From Azolla caroliniana (taxonomy: Eukaryota; Plantae; Polypodiophyta): a stretch of 64,000 nucleotides of DNA. Below the pieces are notes generated by a model, which saw nothing but the letters and a program-made list of their open reading frames with translations, searched no databases and had not been told where the DNA came from. A program made the position numbers and the translations under genes. The DNA is taken from NCBI GenBank assembly GCA_043228905.1, contig JBHGNT010000001.1, positions 5,642,001 through 5,706,000 on the forward strand. The letters run 5' to 3'. Positions 13,729 through 28,412 of the stretch are shown here, piece by piece; position 1 is the first letter of the stretch; each line of letters starts with the position of its first letter.

Positions 13729-15809
13729 AGTATTTCATCCTTGGTTGAGGTGAAAACACACATGGAGTTGGAACCAACCTCAGCAATTCTTTAATCTTGT
13801 AAAATGCTTCCAAACATGGGAAAGTGACTTTGCTTGTCATCTATATCTTTCGTTATATGAAAAGCCACACCGCAACATACCATCAGCAAGTGTTTTTTTT
13901 ATTCTGAGGCCTACTCTTGTGAGGATTAAGACGGAGGACAAAGCAGAATACAACCTACTATTTGGCTCTCACCCCTCCATCATGTCCTTGTTTCTTGATG
14001 TCAATATGACAAACTTTGTGATTGAGAAATAAAATGTGCATATGGATAGATGTGTGTGTTCAAGAGAGAGAGAGAGATAGTACTTCTCGCAATTGAGCTA
14101 TACATGCATCTTGTCCTTCATAGGAGTTACCTTAATGATTGCTGGTCTTACAATACCTTAGACAATCTACCTTTCATCCAAGATACTCAATATTGTTATA
14201 GGGACAACAAGGTCTTTTGTATTGTCATGTTGTTTTAAGATGAACACTACCTAGAGAAAGAGAGGGATAGGGGGTGTTTGTAGGGGCAACAACAATTTAA
14301 CGCATTGATGGGTTTGGGCCCCCACTAATGGTTCCCCAACTTTATCAATAATCTAAGTGGCAGGAAACTTTGGTGATCCTACTAGGGCATGATGACATCC
14401 AATCTTGGATATAAATCTCAACAATGACAAGTTGGAAGGTTGACACAAGGATCCACAAGAGTGTTTGTCCCACATGAAGCACATGATAGAGAAAGATACA
14501 TGCCTATCCATTTAGAACCTACTCGAATAGTTCATTGATTGTGCAAACCGAATGGTACAAGCAAAAAATAGTGTAAGGGGTCTTGTGGAGTAGTTTAAGA
14601 CCATCGTAAATAAGTTATGTTAGATATCGCCACCATATAGGAACTATAGTAAACCCTTGCACATGACGATGCATAAGATTCCTTTTAACATGAGGGAGGA
14701 AGAAACTTATAAAGAGCCCAAAATGTTTTCATCCCAAGAACTTGTGATATTGGAAATGATTGGAATTGCATGTGATTGTGGATGCATAATATATTCTTGA
14801 TCAAGAGCATTCTAATGGGCCTCATCATTATTAGATTATTCAATCAGCCTAACTATATGCTATGGATTAGAGAAAACACCCTAAAAAATAGCATAGTGAC
14901 ATTCGTTAGACAAATTTGATATGAATAAATAATACGAAGATTCAATGTTTGTTATGACTCATTCATAATCAAGGGTGGTTTTTTTTTTTTGATGTCATAC
15001 CTCAAGCCATGAACATTATATGCTCTACTTCAATAGATTCTGCGAAAAAACAAATATTCCCAATCTTGGTTGGCTTTCCAAATGCTCTATATTTCAACTA
15101 CAGTGCAACCAAATGGGCCGTTGGAATCCATTAACAAGATGGTATAAACCATCACAAAGAAGACAATAGAAGAAAATAATATGAATTAGGAACCATAAAG
15201 TCAATTCCACAATTTTGGATGTATTGTAGGTCATAATCAAAACTTTCCCAATTAGTTATTGACTTTGAAGCAATAATTATAATGGAATACCTCAATGAAA
15301 ATGTACATGATTGCAAGCATAAAGTGAATGGATGAGTGTTGTTACAACCAATAGAATTTGCACACGGATGGGCAATTTTCTTTCGTACAAAATTTAGAAC
15401 AATACCATATAATTGCTAAATTTGACGTGCGAGGGCACAATAGATGCATAAGGATGATCTTAAGACAATACATAAGCTTCATTTGGCTACATCCTCTACA
15501 CCAACGATGGAGGTTGTTTCATAACGCTTATTTTGCAATCAATACAATGGGAACTTAAGTGCCTAAATTGGATGATTAAGCCTTGAGCCCTTCCTTAATA
15601 CAAAAGGGGAAGGCTAAGAACTTTGTAAGAGAGATGGGGAAAGAAGAAGGCATTGTCTTGCAAAAGTGAGAAAATGTGTCAACAAAGGAGAAGTCAAAAG
15701 CTAACCATTTGGGTTTTTATCGTATTTGGAGCTTTCGCCTTTGTTCCCCTTTTCACATTATAGGGTTGTAACACACCTATCCTAATATTTACAAGCTCTC
15801 TCTCTCTTT

Positions 15810-16620
15810 GGTAAAAGCACACAATTATATTAATTGTATGTAAATTCCACTTAGTTACAACACTTCTTAGTCTCCTCTACCTATCATATGCCTATGTGAG
15901 GAGAGGGACGTTCTGTAACGCTACTAAAAAACCTGAATATACATTTGAGGAAATGATCCCCACATGCTCTAACATCCAAAAATTCCACGTGAGAATACCT
16001 TTAACCTTCTTTATATAGGCTTTCACCCAATGTCTATTATCAAACAAACATTACACATATTCCAATTGTGTTGTAGACCCCAATAACGTAAAAATTGGAA
16101 CAATATCTCCATCTCATCATTTGATCCATTTTGAACATATTGAGAAAAAACCCATTGTTGAGGTCTCAAACAACAACGGGTTAAAACTTGCCAAATGTCC
16201 GATAAGTACTTCCAAATGGTACACACTATAGGACATTTAATGAACCTATGTGTACTATCCTCCAATGGAACGGTGCAAAAGAATCAAGTGCCAGACCCTA
16301 GTCCTTGTCTCTTTAAGGCCAAACCTAATGGGAGCCTACCAATCATGACTCTCCATATGAATACCTTTGCACGAAATGGTAGATGGGAATGCCAACCATG
16401 TTGTAATATTTTCCACCACCTTGCATCTGACTTATATACATTCGACAACTTCTTTGCTTTAGGAGATAGCCAAGATAATGATGCCATCGCATGATGATAC
16501 AATATATTTGTAGTAACTTGTAACAAGCGTGTACCATCTTGTAACAACCAATCTACCCAAGGTGCAAAATTGGTTTTCAATGGCAAAGATCCTTGCAACA
16601 ATGGTATATCATGTAATTTC
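15810..16620 (-). mobile_element. Degenerate L1-type LINE 3' fragment (zf-RVT region)
   Basis: WHSHLPFRAKVFIWRVMIGRLPLG...FCTVPLEDSTHRFIKCPIVCTIW matches the zinc-binding domain downstream of the RT in plant L1 elements. It carries stops. Boundaries are approximate. Confidence 0.8.
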
Positions 16621-16878
16621 TCCCAAATAAATCCATAATCTGGGTCTCTCTCTCTCTCTTCTTTCTTTCTTTCTTTTCTTTCTCTCTCTCATTGCCTTGT
16701 ACCAATGTTGGTATCTCTAGAAAAGATGTCACGAGTAGACACTTTGGCATATAATTGGCACTCATTGGTAAAGCCACGTGTTTCCAATTCCCATACATCT
16801 CGGTTATAAAGTATTACTGACTTCATTGCAAAAGGCAAGAGATGAACACATGACCTTTTGGTCTCCATTCAACAACAT

Positions 16879-16909
<31 letters not shown>

Positions 16910-17410
16910 CACTTGGGTCTCTAAGGTGCCAACTAACATATGTCCATGCTTGGTCACTCCATTGTTTGCTCTTCTATCCCTAAGAAACAAGCAAGACATG
17001 GGTAAAACATAAGTAACGGGAGAATACATACATACATACATACACACATACATATGCATATGCACATACATACATATATACATGATGCATCCATATCTAT
17101 ATGATATATCTATCTATCTATATATTCACACATATACATACATATAAACGTACATGCATACATACATACATACATACAAATATATTATATATAGATGTGT
17201 GTTTGCACATTAAAACAAATATGTATGTATATCTTCTTTTTTATTCATTCGTTCTTTTCCTCCTCCTCCTTCTTGTAACAACGCAAATTTAATTATCCCT
17301 CCTCTCCTATTTTTGTTTTCTAACACATCCACCCAACAAACAAAAAGGCTTTTTATTTTATTTCACACCCCAAAACACACAAGACACAAAGAAGCTCTCC
17401 CCTTCCCTTC

Positions 17411-17455
<45 letters not shown>

Positions 17456-20315
17456 ACCTCCGCCCCGTGTCTTTGCCTCTTGCATCCGTTTCCATCGACG
17501 CAGAAGCAGAGGATGAAGACGACGAAGGCGAAGGAGATGAGGTTGATCATGGCGATATAATTCGAGGTAGGCGTTCGTTTTTATTACCCTCAAAATTTCT
17601 ATCTCTTCGAACCATTCTATTCCTTCAAAAACAAATCACCTTTCTTCATTCGATGCCCGCATTGGTTTGTACTCTTATCTTTGTTTTCTTGACGCTGAAA
17701 ATCAGAGTAATGAAGAAGATGGTCTTATTATCGGGCCACTGATGTTTGTCTTTGAAAATATCAAATTTAGTACAATAAATATGCACATCTCCGCTTATGT
17801 GAATGATTTTGGTGCCTCTTATCCCTATCTTTATTCTCAGAATAGATTGAACCTTCGATTTGTCCCACACGATTCTGATTTCCAGTAGGTGTAAATGATA
17901 ATTGATGCCAAAACATCATCCTTGTTCTTTTCCTTGGGCATGAAAGGACGTACGTACGTACATGCACATCCATCCATACACATACACGCACACATATATA
18001 TACAGACATATACGCACATGTTGAGGTTTAATATTTATCATGTGATAGATATATCCTAGAAAATTTTGTGATTTTTGAGGTCTGAAAAATTTCTTTATTA
18101 TCGTGTGAATAAAATCTTTTTGTCCTTAACCACTGTCTCAAACATTTTGTTCAACAAGAAACTCTTTGTAGATAATATAATATCCGAACCATTGGGAAGA
18201 AAAATAATAGATCTAAAAATTTCAGTTGGATTTGACAATTGTTCTACCGTTTCAAGAATCAGATAGTATAATTTACATCTAGAGCATGATAAATTTTCAA
18301 TCCAAAACTTTATGTTTTACATTTCTTAGAAGCGTTCTTTGAACACTCTCTTTAATGCATATTTTTCCTTTTTAAATTTGTTTGGTAAGTTTCGTGTTTG
18401 TGCTTTTTGAATTGATTGGAAACATTGCAAGTGATATGCACGTTCATAATTATTAGCCCCTTCATTATAACTTACTGTATTTTCTTTGGCCTGATTGACC
18501 TGTACAAGGAAGAATAGATAGTGGATCTTTGTCTTGGGTACAATATAATTTGCAAAAAGCACATTGAAAGCTTTCCCTAACAGAAAAGTTGTTTAAGCTT
18601 TAGAAATTCCAGAACTTGATATTATACTTTAAAAATTAGGTAACTTCAAAATAGGAGATTATGTCTGTGGGTACAAGATTGTGCTTTCTGTTGATTCAAC
18701 CTCGAGTTATAACTTGGGAATTCAATTGACTTCTCTGGAACAATCTTCGTCTATCATTGAAATCTCAAAAACCATGTGACAATTTGAGAATCTCAGAGAG
18801 AAAGGTTTTCATCAGATGATATCATTGGAGGCAATGCCTTGCCTGTCTACAATAGTGCTTCTTGAGTTACGAACTGTTGATATAGCTTGTTTTTCAGTTT
18901 TCATTTCTAAGTTCCCAAAACAGAACCCCAATTATAGTAAGACATTGAGAAGTTTCCAAGGATTGACAATATATCTTCTTCGTCACTTGTCAATGACAGA
19001 GCGTATTAATTAAATTATGATTGCACGTAGGCAGTCCTGGGGTTTGCTAGCTAGACTTATGGCATTCACATTGCCTGGTTTTGTATTGTTCCTTTCCCGG
19101 TAAAGTTTTTTCTGTCTTAATCAGTGAATACCTTTATAAAAGGACTCTACTTCTATTTATTCATCACAAGGTTATGTTGTGAGTACTAAGTGTTTTTCTT
19201 GCATCTTCACTTACAGGCAGTCTGCCTTGTGAGGTTCATTTGACTTCTTTGGAAGACTTCCTACATAGTACTTGAGTATTTTTAGTTGCATATTCTATCT
19301 CTCTCCATGGAAATGGAATATGAGGACCAATGGTGCTTGGGTCTGTTGTTGCTAGAACTCAAGAGACACAAGGAGAAGTTGTTGAAGGACAACAATACAA
19401 CTACAGAAGCTCATTGACAAAGAACAATCACCACTTTCTTTATAATGGGCTACAGAAGTGGGCTCCCAACTAGGACATTGAAAAGGGGTCACATTAGATT
19501 GACAATAGCAATTTTTCATGGATGTAGGCCACGCCTCATGAACCAAGATCTCGCCGTCTTTGTCATTGATAGATAAAAGCAAGCAATTATCTCCCATCTT
19601 TGTGGGTGATTCCGTTGCTTTAGAGATCTCTCCATTTTGGATTGACCTAATCAAAGAAAAAAATTACAATCTATCTGACTTAAGAATCATTCATGTATAG
19701 ATAACAGAATTCTTTCGTCACTTTGGTTTTTAGTTACTTGTCTACTTAGTTACATTTATTTTGGTTTGTTGTTCTCAAAGGCTTATAGTATGCAGCCTGA
19801 CAAGGGTTGCAGCTTTATTTATTTATTACCTCTGTTTCATGCGTCTGTATGTCTCCTCCCCATGCCTCTGCATTTTACCTGCACAGACATGCACAAATTT
19901 AAAGAATCAAAACATTGAACTATTGAAAGGAGTATGTATTTGACAAACAGCATACACTTTGATATTTACTGTGCTGCTGTCCTTTTGGAAGAAGTTTTCG
20001 CTTCCGTTGAATGCCACAGCTTTGATTTTATCATTGTTATAGTTGCTGACGGTTTCTGATTGCTTATTCTATGCTTCTTGAGAGGGGCTTTGCATGAAGT
20101 ATGTGTTAACACTGGTTCCTGAATGATCGTTATTGTAATTTGTTCACTTATCGTAGGATGCTTACATGCACTCCTTGCAGTTGATCATTTATTTGTCTGA
20201 TTGAACTCCATTCTCTGGCTATTCTGATGCTTTTACTTTTTGACACAGGCTTATTATACTCAAAATTTTTAAGAACTCTTACTTGAACACCACAAGCATC
20301 TGTACTCGAATAAAG

Positions 20316-23160
20316 ATGGAGAGAGATGAAAATACTAGGACTAGGAGGAGCTTCAGTCTAGTCTCTGAGAATGATACAAGTAATGACAAGTTTCCTGAAG
20401 ATAATTTTGTTATCAGCAGCAATACTTCCCTGAAGCGAATCAGAGTGGATGAAAGTGAGCAGCATCATAATAGAAGTGATGGCAATAGTGCTTTTCGTGG
20501 GCATTTTCATCAGGAGCAAGGTGTATGTGTTCCTCATCAAGGGAAAGATCAAAGTTTGTGGAATAGTATGTTGTTTGATGGGGAACAAAGATCTGGGTTT
20601 AATAAAACATGTATTATTAACAAGAGGGAGTGTGGGCATATTAGCTGTCCAGACCCAGTTAGGCCTTGTGACATGGGCAATGCAGGGAAAATTGGTGAAA
20701 GATCTTTTATGCCCATGTCTATGGGTAACTGCTTTGACTTTCTTCAAACTAATGGAAGTTGCAGCAGCTCATCTATGCCATCCCCGAGTTGGCATAATTC
20801 TGCAGCGTTGATGTCCCCATGTACACGTGCAGATTCCATTATGCAGGCTTCTCACTCAGAGGCACAAAAACAAACTAGCAACTTGTTACGCCCATTGGAA
20901 CAAACTTCAGAACGCAATCGGGGAAAAGCTTCTGTACTGGATGATCATTACATAGAACGAAATAGGTATGAAAGTGTGCACATGGGTAATATGAGTAAAA
21001 ATGCTTTAAATTCTGTCAGTGATGGGATCCCAATTCTGTCATCTCAAATAGAGATCAAGGAACAAAGGCTTTTATGCGATGGTGGTAGCTTAGTAGCTCA
21101 GTCCGAAGGCACTATTCCTGATGAAAGAGAGTATGATCGCAAAAGGAAGTTGTCTGCAACAGGCATTGTCGATGTCTCACTTTTAGAAGACTCACAATCT
21201 ACAGGCTGGAGTATAAGAGAGTCTATGGGAGATGACATTGGATTGAGTCGCCAGATTAGACCACATTCCCAGCCTATTGTAAACCACAGCATTTCAAACA
21301 ATTCAATGATACAAATATGGGATGATTTTTCTGATAATAGAACCAGCTTAAGCCATTCAAACCTTTCTATTGAGCATATGAATAATAGCAATGATATTGC
21401 TTCAACGTCTGGTGTAAATCCTGATGGCATTGCTCCAAATTTACACAATTTTTACTCTAGAGATCCTTCATATACGGAACACAGAATAGCTAACTCTGGC
21501 GCTAATGGTATAAACGGCCAATGTCATGAAACAAGTCTGACATTCTCAAACGTGACCACTTGTGGGATGGTGAATCATTATGATAGGCAGGACATGGGGA
21601 TTCCTACGTTTCTTGTTCGGGAGAGTTCTCCTTCTGTGAATGATGGGAACCGAGCAGATGGTGTGCCAAGTAGGCTTTCCAGAAGTTTAAGAAGACCATT
21701 GCTTGATAATAGTTTCAGAGCTCAGATTCCTAATGGCTCTCCTGTGAGAATGATAAATGCACTGGAAAGTAGAGCACATGGAAATCAATTTCATGAGCGA
21801 GGTGGTTCTCATCATCCTGTACTACCACAGGGTCAGAATTCTGCTGCTATGAATGGAACTGGGACTTCGACGCCTTCACCTGCATCCATGTCCAGCAATT
21901 GTCCAGCTCTTGTTGGCTCAGCTAGATTTCCAAGGACGTCATCAGGTCAGCTCCCGGCTACTCCTGCAGCTTCATTCGCAGATGGGTGCCGTGAAGGTAT
22001 TGTTCCAAGGGCTCGAATCCACAATATCTTTGGACTACCATTTGCCAGTTCACGCATGCCTCCTGGAGATCGACGGCGCCTTATTTCTGAGGTCTTTTAA
22101 CTACTGTTTTGCTAGCTGACTCATCCTCGATCGCCTTCAATTGTTTACTTTCAATAAGATATATGTTCTGTTTTATATGCAAAACTGATCACTAGTGTTC
22201 GTGTTGTCAGATCTTATCTACATTGCAGCACGCTTCTAGAAATGAAGATATAAATTTTGAGGTAAAATTCTTGCTTTACTATCCATTGGCAGTTTCAGAT
22301 GCAGAAATTTACTGTGGAAGAAAGTCCTAACCATAATTTGCTCATTAGATGTCATGGATGTGTAATCTCGAGCCTATTTGAGCACTTTCTAGAGCTTTAA
22401 ATGGGCAGTTTTTGTGTCCTTAAAAATCGATACAGAAAGGCAACCCACAAATGGATGAATTTTGTTCATCTTTGATAATTTCTTTCACTTTTCCTCACTG
22501 TTTCGGGGAAATATATGAACGGTGTTTCATGAATTCTACACAAACATCTGAATCGCTAATTGTGGACTGTGTGGTACGGAAATTATATACAGGAGTTGGT
22601 AATGTTGGATCCATCGTTAATCTATCGAAGTATGGATGTACGTGATGAACACAGTGACTTGCGTTTGGATGTTGACAATATGTCGTATGAGGTAATTGTA
22701 CTAGTGTGCAGTTAGCATTTAGTGTTCTTTGTTCTGTGGATTCTTCTGATAAATTGCCTTCATGTGATAATCCAATTGGTTTTCAAATGCAGGAGTTATT
22801 AGCATTAGGTGAAAGCATTGGTGATGTAAACACTGGATTAAGTAATGAAATGATATGTACATGTTTGAGTGAGAGTAAATACTCCCCACTGGATGCTACA
22901 CTCGCGAGCTTGTCTGCAGACAGCGATGTCAAATGCAGTATTTGCCAGGTGAATATCTAGTGGCCTTAAAGGTTGTATATTTTTGTTATAAAGCAACACT
23001 GATGTAATTGGTTTAAATTTGCCAGGAAGAATTCATGGAGGAAGATGAGGTTGGCCGACTGGATTGTGGTCATGGATATCATACATCTTGTATCAGGCAA
23101 TGGCTCTTGCTGAAGAATTTATGTCCAATATGCAAGGCATCAGCATACACTAAGTGTTGA
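20316..23160 (+). CDS. RING-H2 E3 ubiquitin ligase (CTL/MBR/HIP1-like) with a long low-complexity N-terminus
   Basis: Exons 20316-22091, 22211-22261, 22593-22691, 22793-22948 and 23026-23160 join in frame. Motif DEHSDLRLDVDNMSYEELLALGESIG is followed by RING-H2 CSICQEEF...LDCGHGYHTSCIRQWLLLKNLCPICK. Probable 5'UTR exons start near the (CT)n at ~17415 (donor ~17568). Confidence 0.92.
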
Positions 23161-26100
23161 TATCTTGTGTGTGTGATGTCTTAGCCATCTGTCTACTGTC
23201 ACTACAAATATAAACTGCATTGGGTATTCATGATGGATTATGTTTTGTGCACAATAACACCAAGAAGACTAGAATTATGATGCCGAATTGAATGTTTAGC
23301 CTGTAGGATTCACTCGGGCCAATTTGTGAATAATAACTGATCTTCAACATTACATGAAAGAAATTCCCCTTATGCCCAATTGGGTTCCATATTGTTAATA
23401 TATATATATCTAGCCGACAGGGACATAATAATGACAATCCACTGTTTGTATATAATGAATATACTTAAGCAAAAATAATGTCTAGTAATTTGTGTGTCCA
23501 GTGGAAGTTCAGTGATCATCTATGGATCCCCCCAATAGATTGAAATTTGAGCATAAGCTGTAATGAGAATACATTAATTGACAAAGAGGTGTAAAGTGTA
23601 ATATTATATATAGAATGTTCACTTTGCTGTTTCTTTCAGTGATCAGTTACAAATTCCCCACCTTAAGACATTAAATCAATCAACGATTAGGTGTGAAATG
23701 CAATATTTTATAAAGATGTTTACTTTTCTGTTTCTGCATTTTGGACCAGATATTTTTCTCTCGTTAACATGTAGTTGTCTTTTGAATCTCAAGGCAATAA
23801 AATGTTTTAACTAGGTCTTTGGAAGGATGGCCCTTTTAGCTAACTAAGGAAAGTATTATGCATTTCACACATAGTTCTAGTTCATACACACGCTGTTATT
23901 TTAAACTCTCCTCTATGGTATCGATGGTGATAGATTTTCAACAAGATCTTGCAAATGAGACATTGTGACATTGTTGTAAGTTTTCTCATATAATACAATC
24001 TTGATTGGTCTAAATTTAAATCAAACAAGCTTTTCAGAATACAAAATAGTTTTCTTTCAACTTCTTTCATCATCTTCTTTTTTGTACCTTTCCGTAGTGG
24101 TAAGTAGTTACACTCATTTCCAAGGTTCTAGTATCACACATCTTTTTCTTTTCCATTTTCTTTGGTACTCTGCCCTTTTGGAGTGGTGTGATGGCGAGTG
24201 AACCCTTGTCCTCCTTCCTTGACCTTGTAAGTACATCGTTAGCCTTTTAGGCAAGGTTGCAATACCATGCATAAACTCATAACAATATGCTTATACTTTT
24301 ATGTGGGGAACACTTGACTTCATACGAACAAACTTTTATGCATCCCTTTTTCTCTTCCCTTGTGTTTAAATCCCATTGAACAATGGTTTGTCCTTGAACC
24401 CCTAGAGGGTTGTTCTTCATATGCGCAATATTCTATGTACAATGCTTGGCATGTTTGAGTGTTTCTCAAATTCACTTCCCTTTGATAAGTAGTCAAGTGT
24501 CTTTAATCTACATGATCCGCAAAGGTGTTTTAGTATTGATGATTACATTCTCTCTGATTCGCATCAAATAGCTTGGTTGTTATGTTACCATATCATTTCT
24601 TCATAAATGTTTATTCAAATATTACAAATCTTCTTCATTCGTCATCTGGCATTTAGGTGTCTTTGACTTCTTGTGTGAAAAGCTTTTTGCCCCTATGTAA
24701 ATTCTATCACATTGTTATGTGGTGACTTTTTGATGAACCATACTAGAGGAGAGGGATTTGATTGCCACACACATCCCTTCAAGGTTTTCTAGATTCATCA
24801 ATCATGTTCTCTCTTGGTTATTTAACATACTTGGTGCTATCCACTAAATAAAGCATTGTCTTGGTTAACTCATTACATTCTACCTTGCTTTTAGGGGTCT
24901 CAAATGCTCAGTTGAAAGGTTTTTTGAACCTATAGCCATTCCATCTCGTTGTTATGTAGACTTTTCTATTGCTTACCCCCTTCCCTCTTAGGTTTTCTAG
25001 AATGTTGATCATGTTGTGCTTGTTTTTGTTGCAAATGGTGTTGCCATAGATGGTGATGTAGCCCCAATTGTCTCTCTGACCGTGTAAGAGGAATTTGGTT
25101 TGTTCTTTCCTATGGCCTACATCCTTGGAAAATCTCTTAGGTTTGAACACTTGCATTCTTGTATAGAGGTCTTCATTTTTTTGTACCTGTGTTTTTTGAG
25201 AATTTATTGTTTGGCCAATTTTGTGATTATTTTCTACACATTTCCAATACTAGTCGGGGAAAGCATATAGAATATTATAATATGGTAGTATTGCCCAAGC
25301 TTTTTCTTTAATGCCCCCAAACATTTATAGCACACTTCTAAGGACACTCTCTTTGAAAGGTTTGTAATGTTCTATTTGATCTATGCTCACTATTTATTTC
25401 GTCCATTTTAGTCGACTAAGCTATTGGTTGACTCTTTTGGTTTGTCTACACATCACAACACATAAGTTCAACAACTTATCAAGATTTACTAAGGATATTA
25501 TACTTCCCTATTGTTGTGTACATTTTCAAATGTTTCATGAGCGATGATCTACTTTAACACCTTTTCTTCGTCAAGGTAAATTCCTCTTCTAGAAACCTCA
25601 CACATGATCTCATGAGAGAAAAAGAACCTCATAGAGATAACCATGTGTTCAAAAAACTAATATACACTATTTGATTATTTGACCACATCATTCCTCTGGA
25701 CTTTTGGATGGATCTTCACATCCCACAATCAATATCCAAGAGATATTTGCGACAAGATCCATGTCCCTTTCCAAGCGGATTTTTTAATCTTTGGATGAAA
25801 GGATTTTGAAAACCCATTATGCAAACATCATTTTATATCAAATCTCGGCAATAGACATCAAAAAATTGTCATTAGTTAAGAGGCAATTCAGACTTTTTCT
25901 AGCATGAACTATGTCCAATGTGTCAACTTCCATATGATAGATCCAATGTCAATTATTGTGTATGAGAATTGCCTAATTGGATGATTCCCAAACAATGGGT
26001 GTCATACAAAGTGAATTAACCCTTATGTGGAGTCATGTGGAATTGTGTAGCCATGTGTAGTGTTCATCTTCAATGAACATTTTCGCAAACAAGGATGCAT

Positions 26101-26379
26101 AATTTATCAATAAGATGGCTAAGGCCTTGCAAACCAATTCTAAAGACTAATTTCAATAAATTTACGGGTTGAATGATTGGGAAATAGCTTGTCCTAGGAC
26201 TTGGGACTAATTCATGAGGACCTTGGTAGTCGAGGGGCCTACATAGTTTATATATAAAAATGGAACTAGCTACCCCCTTCAATGCAATATTAGATAGACA
26301 TATGTGATGACGCCAAGTTGGTGTGGCAAAGCAATGACTATTTTGGCCGTAAGGACCTTGGTGATCTATGATAAATCCA

Positions 26380-26545
26380 ACGTCGACCATGTCACATTTG
26401 TGAGAATTGTCTAATTTGATGATTCTTAGACATAGAACATTAATTAACCCCTTTGTGGGCTTCATAAGATGTAAACTACCCCTTTGTGGATTTACATGGA
26501 ATGGCACACTTGAATCAAGCAATCGCGTATGAATCACGCATGATA
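26380..26545 (-). mobile_element. Copia aspartic-protease fragment within degraded repeat DNA
   Basis: HTRLLDSSVPFHVNPQRG...IIKLDNSHKCDMVDVG resembles HTWLLDSGASFHVTPHREWF...VRLGDSRQCDVVSIG of the outer Copia at ~51000-51120. Confidence 0.65.
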
Positions 26546-28412
26546 CTTATATGCCATGAAGATTTCCTTGGACATTGAGCTAAGGATGTATAATTTATCA
26601 TATTGATGGGTATGGCCTTATAAGCAAATTGTAAAGGTTAATTCGGGAAACAATTTATCCTACAACTTGGGACAAAATCATAAGGAACCTAACAATCAAG
26701 AGCTTAAATAGTTCAGCTATATATAAAGGGGACTATCAACTCCCAAATCAATACAACATATGAAATACATTATTGAGACTATCTTTGCGAGGCAAAGCTT
26801 AAGTATTTCAAATATGTGATTGGCTGACTACCAAGAGATATTACAAGGCCATATTCAATGGTATAAAATTTTAAATTTTAGCATCCTACAAGGCATTCGA
26901 CACTAGTATCCGAGGAGATTATTCCTTTGTCATGGCTTGTACAAGTTTGAATTCACAATGGGGGTGTGGGTAGATCCTCTTATAAAGCATGGTATTTTTT
27001 TCAAATAGGCATGTATTTGTGTCGTGCCTTCTCTTGTAATGGTTTGTTTCTCATGATCATCACCCGATACACTTGAGAGCACACATGTTTGGTGCTATGC
27101 TGACGATGAACCAATGATTCTATTTGTGCCCACTTGACATTGTCATTCTCCATGCATGCCCATCCACATTGTAATGGCAACATGTTGGAGATAATAGGCA
27201 CCCCCCCCCCCCCCCCCCCCACCCATAGTCCCATAGATCCCATGTTTCTTCTTCGCAGCTTGTGCGTATTATACGTATATACGTATATACATATATACAT
27301 ATAGCCCCCCCCCCCCTTCTGGCTCTCCATTTTGTGGATCAACCAATAAATAATAAATACATGTAATTAATAACAATGTTAATAATCTTAATCTTAATTA
27401 ATACCTATAATACCATATGGCTCATTTTCCTCGCTTTTCTTCTTCTTCTTCTTCTTCTTCTTCTTCTTCAGCCATCATCATTCCCCTCACAGAAGATCGC
27501 CATGTCGCGTAATCACTTCAGGTAACACAACACTCACCCGTCCCTGCTTCCTGTTGCATTTGTCACGGGTAAACCTTTTCCATCTTAAATTCTTAACTCG
27601 TCTATCTTCTTCTTCATCGTAATCATCCTCATCGTCGTCATCACCACCATCGCCTTTTGCAAGGGCGATTCCATGATCTGATTTCTGAATATTTCTGCTT
27701 CTTTGTCAATTCAAATTGGCCTAAATTTGACGTGGATTCATTTTTACACCGACATTTTGATGTAGCATTGAAGTTATCCTCTCACATAGAAAACCTCACC
27801 ATCTTCCACCGTAATTTTCTCCAAATATTATCTGATCCGATTAATTTTTTGCAGAATTTAAAGTTTCATAGTTTTTCTCTGTAAAATCTTGCCTATTGAT
27901 GAAGACTTCGATTAAGAAAGAAGTTCTTTTTCCAGTCAGTTTACCCAGTAACGAAAAGATTCTCAGAAAAAGTAAATGTAAAAACTTCTCTCTGAATCGA
28001 AACGTTCATAAATTTCTCGGAAACACAAACTGACGAAACTTCTCTCTGAGTCGAATGCTTGATTAACAAAAAATATATACTTTTTAAAGGACTTCTAATT
28101 ACCAAGATCCTTCCTTCAGTTTTCTTGTTAATGAAGGCATGGAGTCAGAGAAAAGCTTTTCTCGTTCTGTTTTGTTCCGAAAATATGTTATCACTGAGTG
28201 ATTGTGAAGGCTTCAATTCAGAGAGAAGCTTTTTCAATTTTTTGCTTTGGAAAATCAGATTCAGAGGGTTTTTCCTCTGAGAGCTCTTACTAGTGAAGGC
28301 TTCGATTCAATTGAATAAGTGATAGAATCTGAACTGTTCATCGTTCCCAGGCTGTAAAAATACATTAGCACAGAAGAAGTAGAACAGGAATAAAGAGGCA
28401 GATTTTGGAAGC

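Noticed and set aside
14300-15750. Degraded transposase-like DNA (similar stretches at ~7800-8800, 23900-26000, 37300-38300 and 44100-44850)
   Set aside because: Probably old TE remnants, but no motif is clear enough to assign a family or boundaries by eye.
17467-17742. Acidic ORF (EAEDEDDEGEGDE) as a separate small gene
   Set aside because: Non-ATG start, and it runs through a splice donor at ~17568. Better explained as a 5'UTR exon of the RING gene.
17695-17886. 14-bp imperfect inverted repeat as a pre-miRNA or MITE
   Set aside because: Pairing does not extend inward and no TSD was seen.
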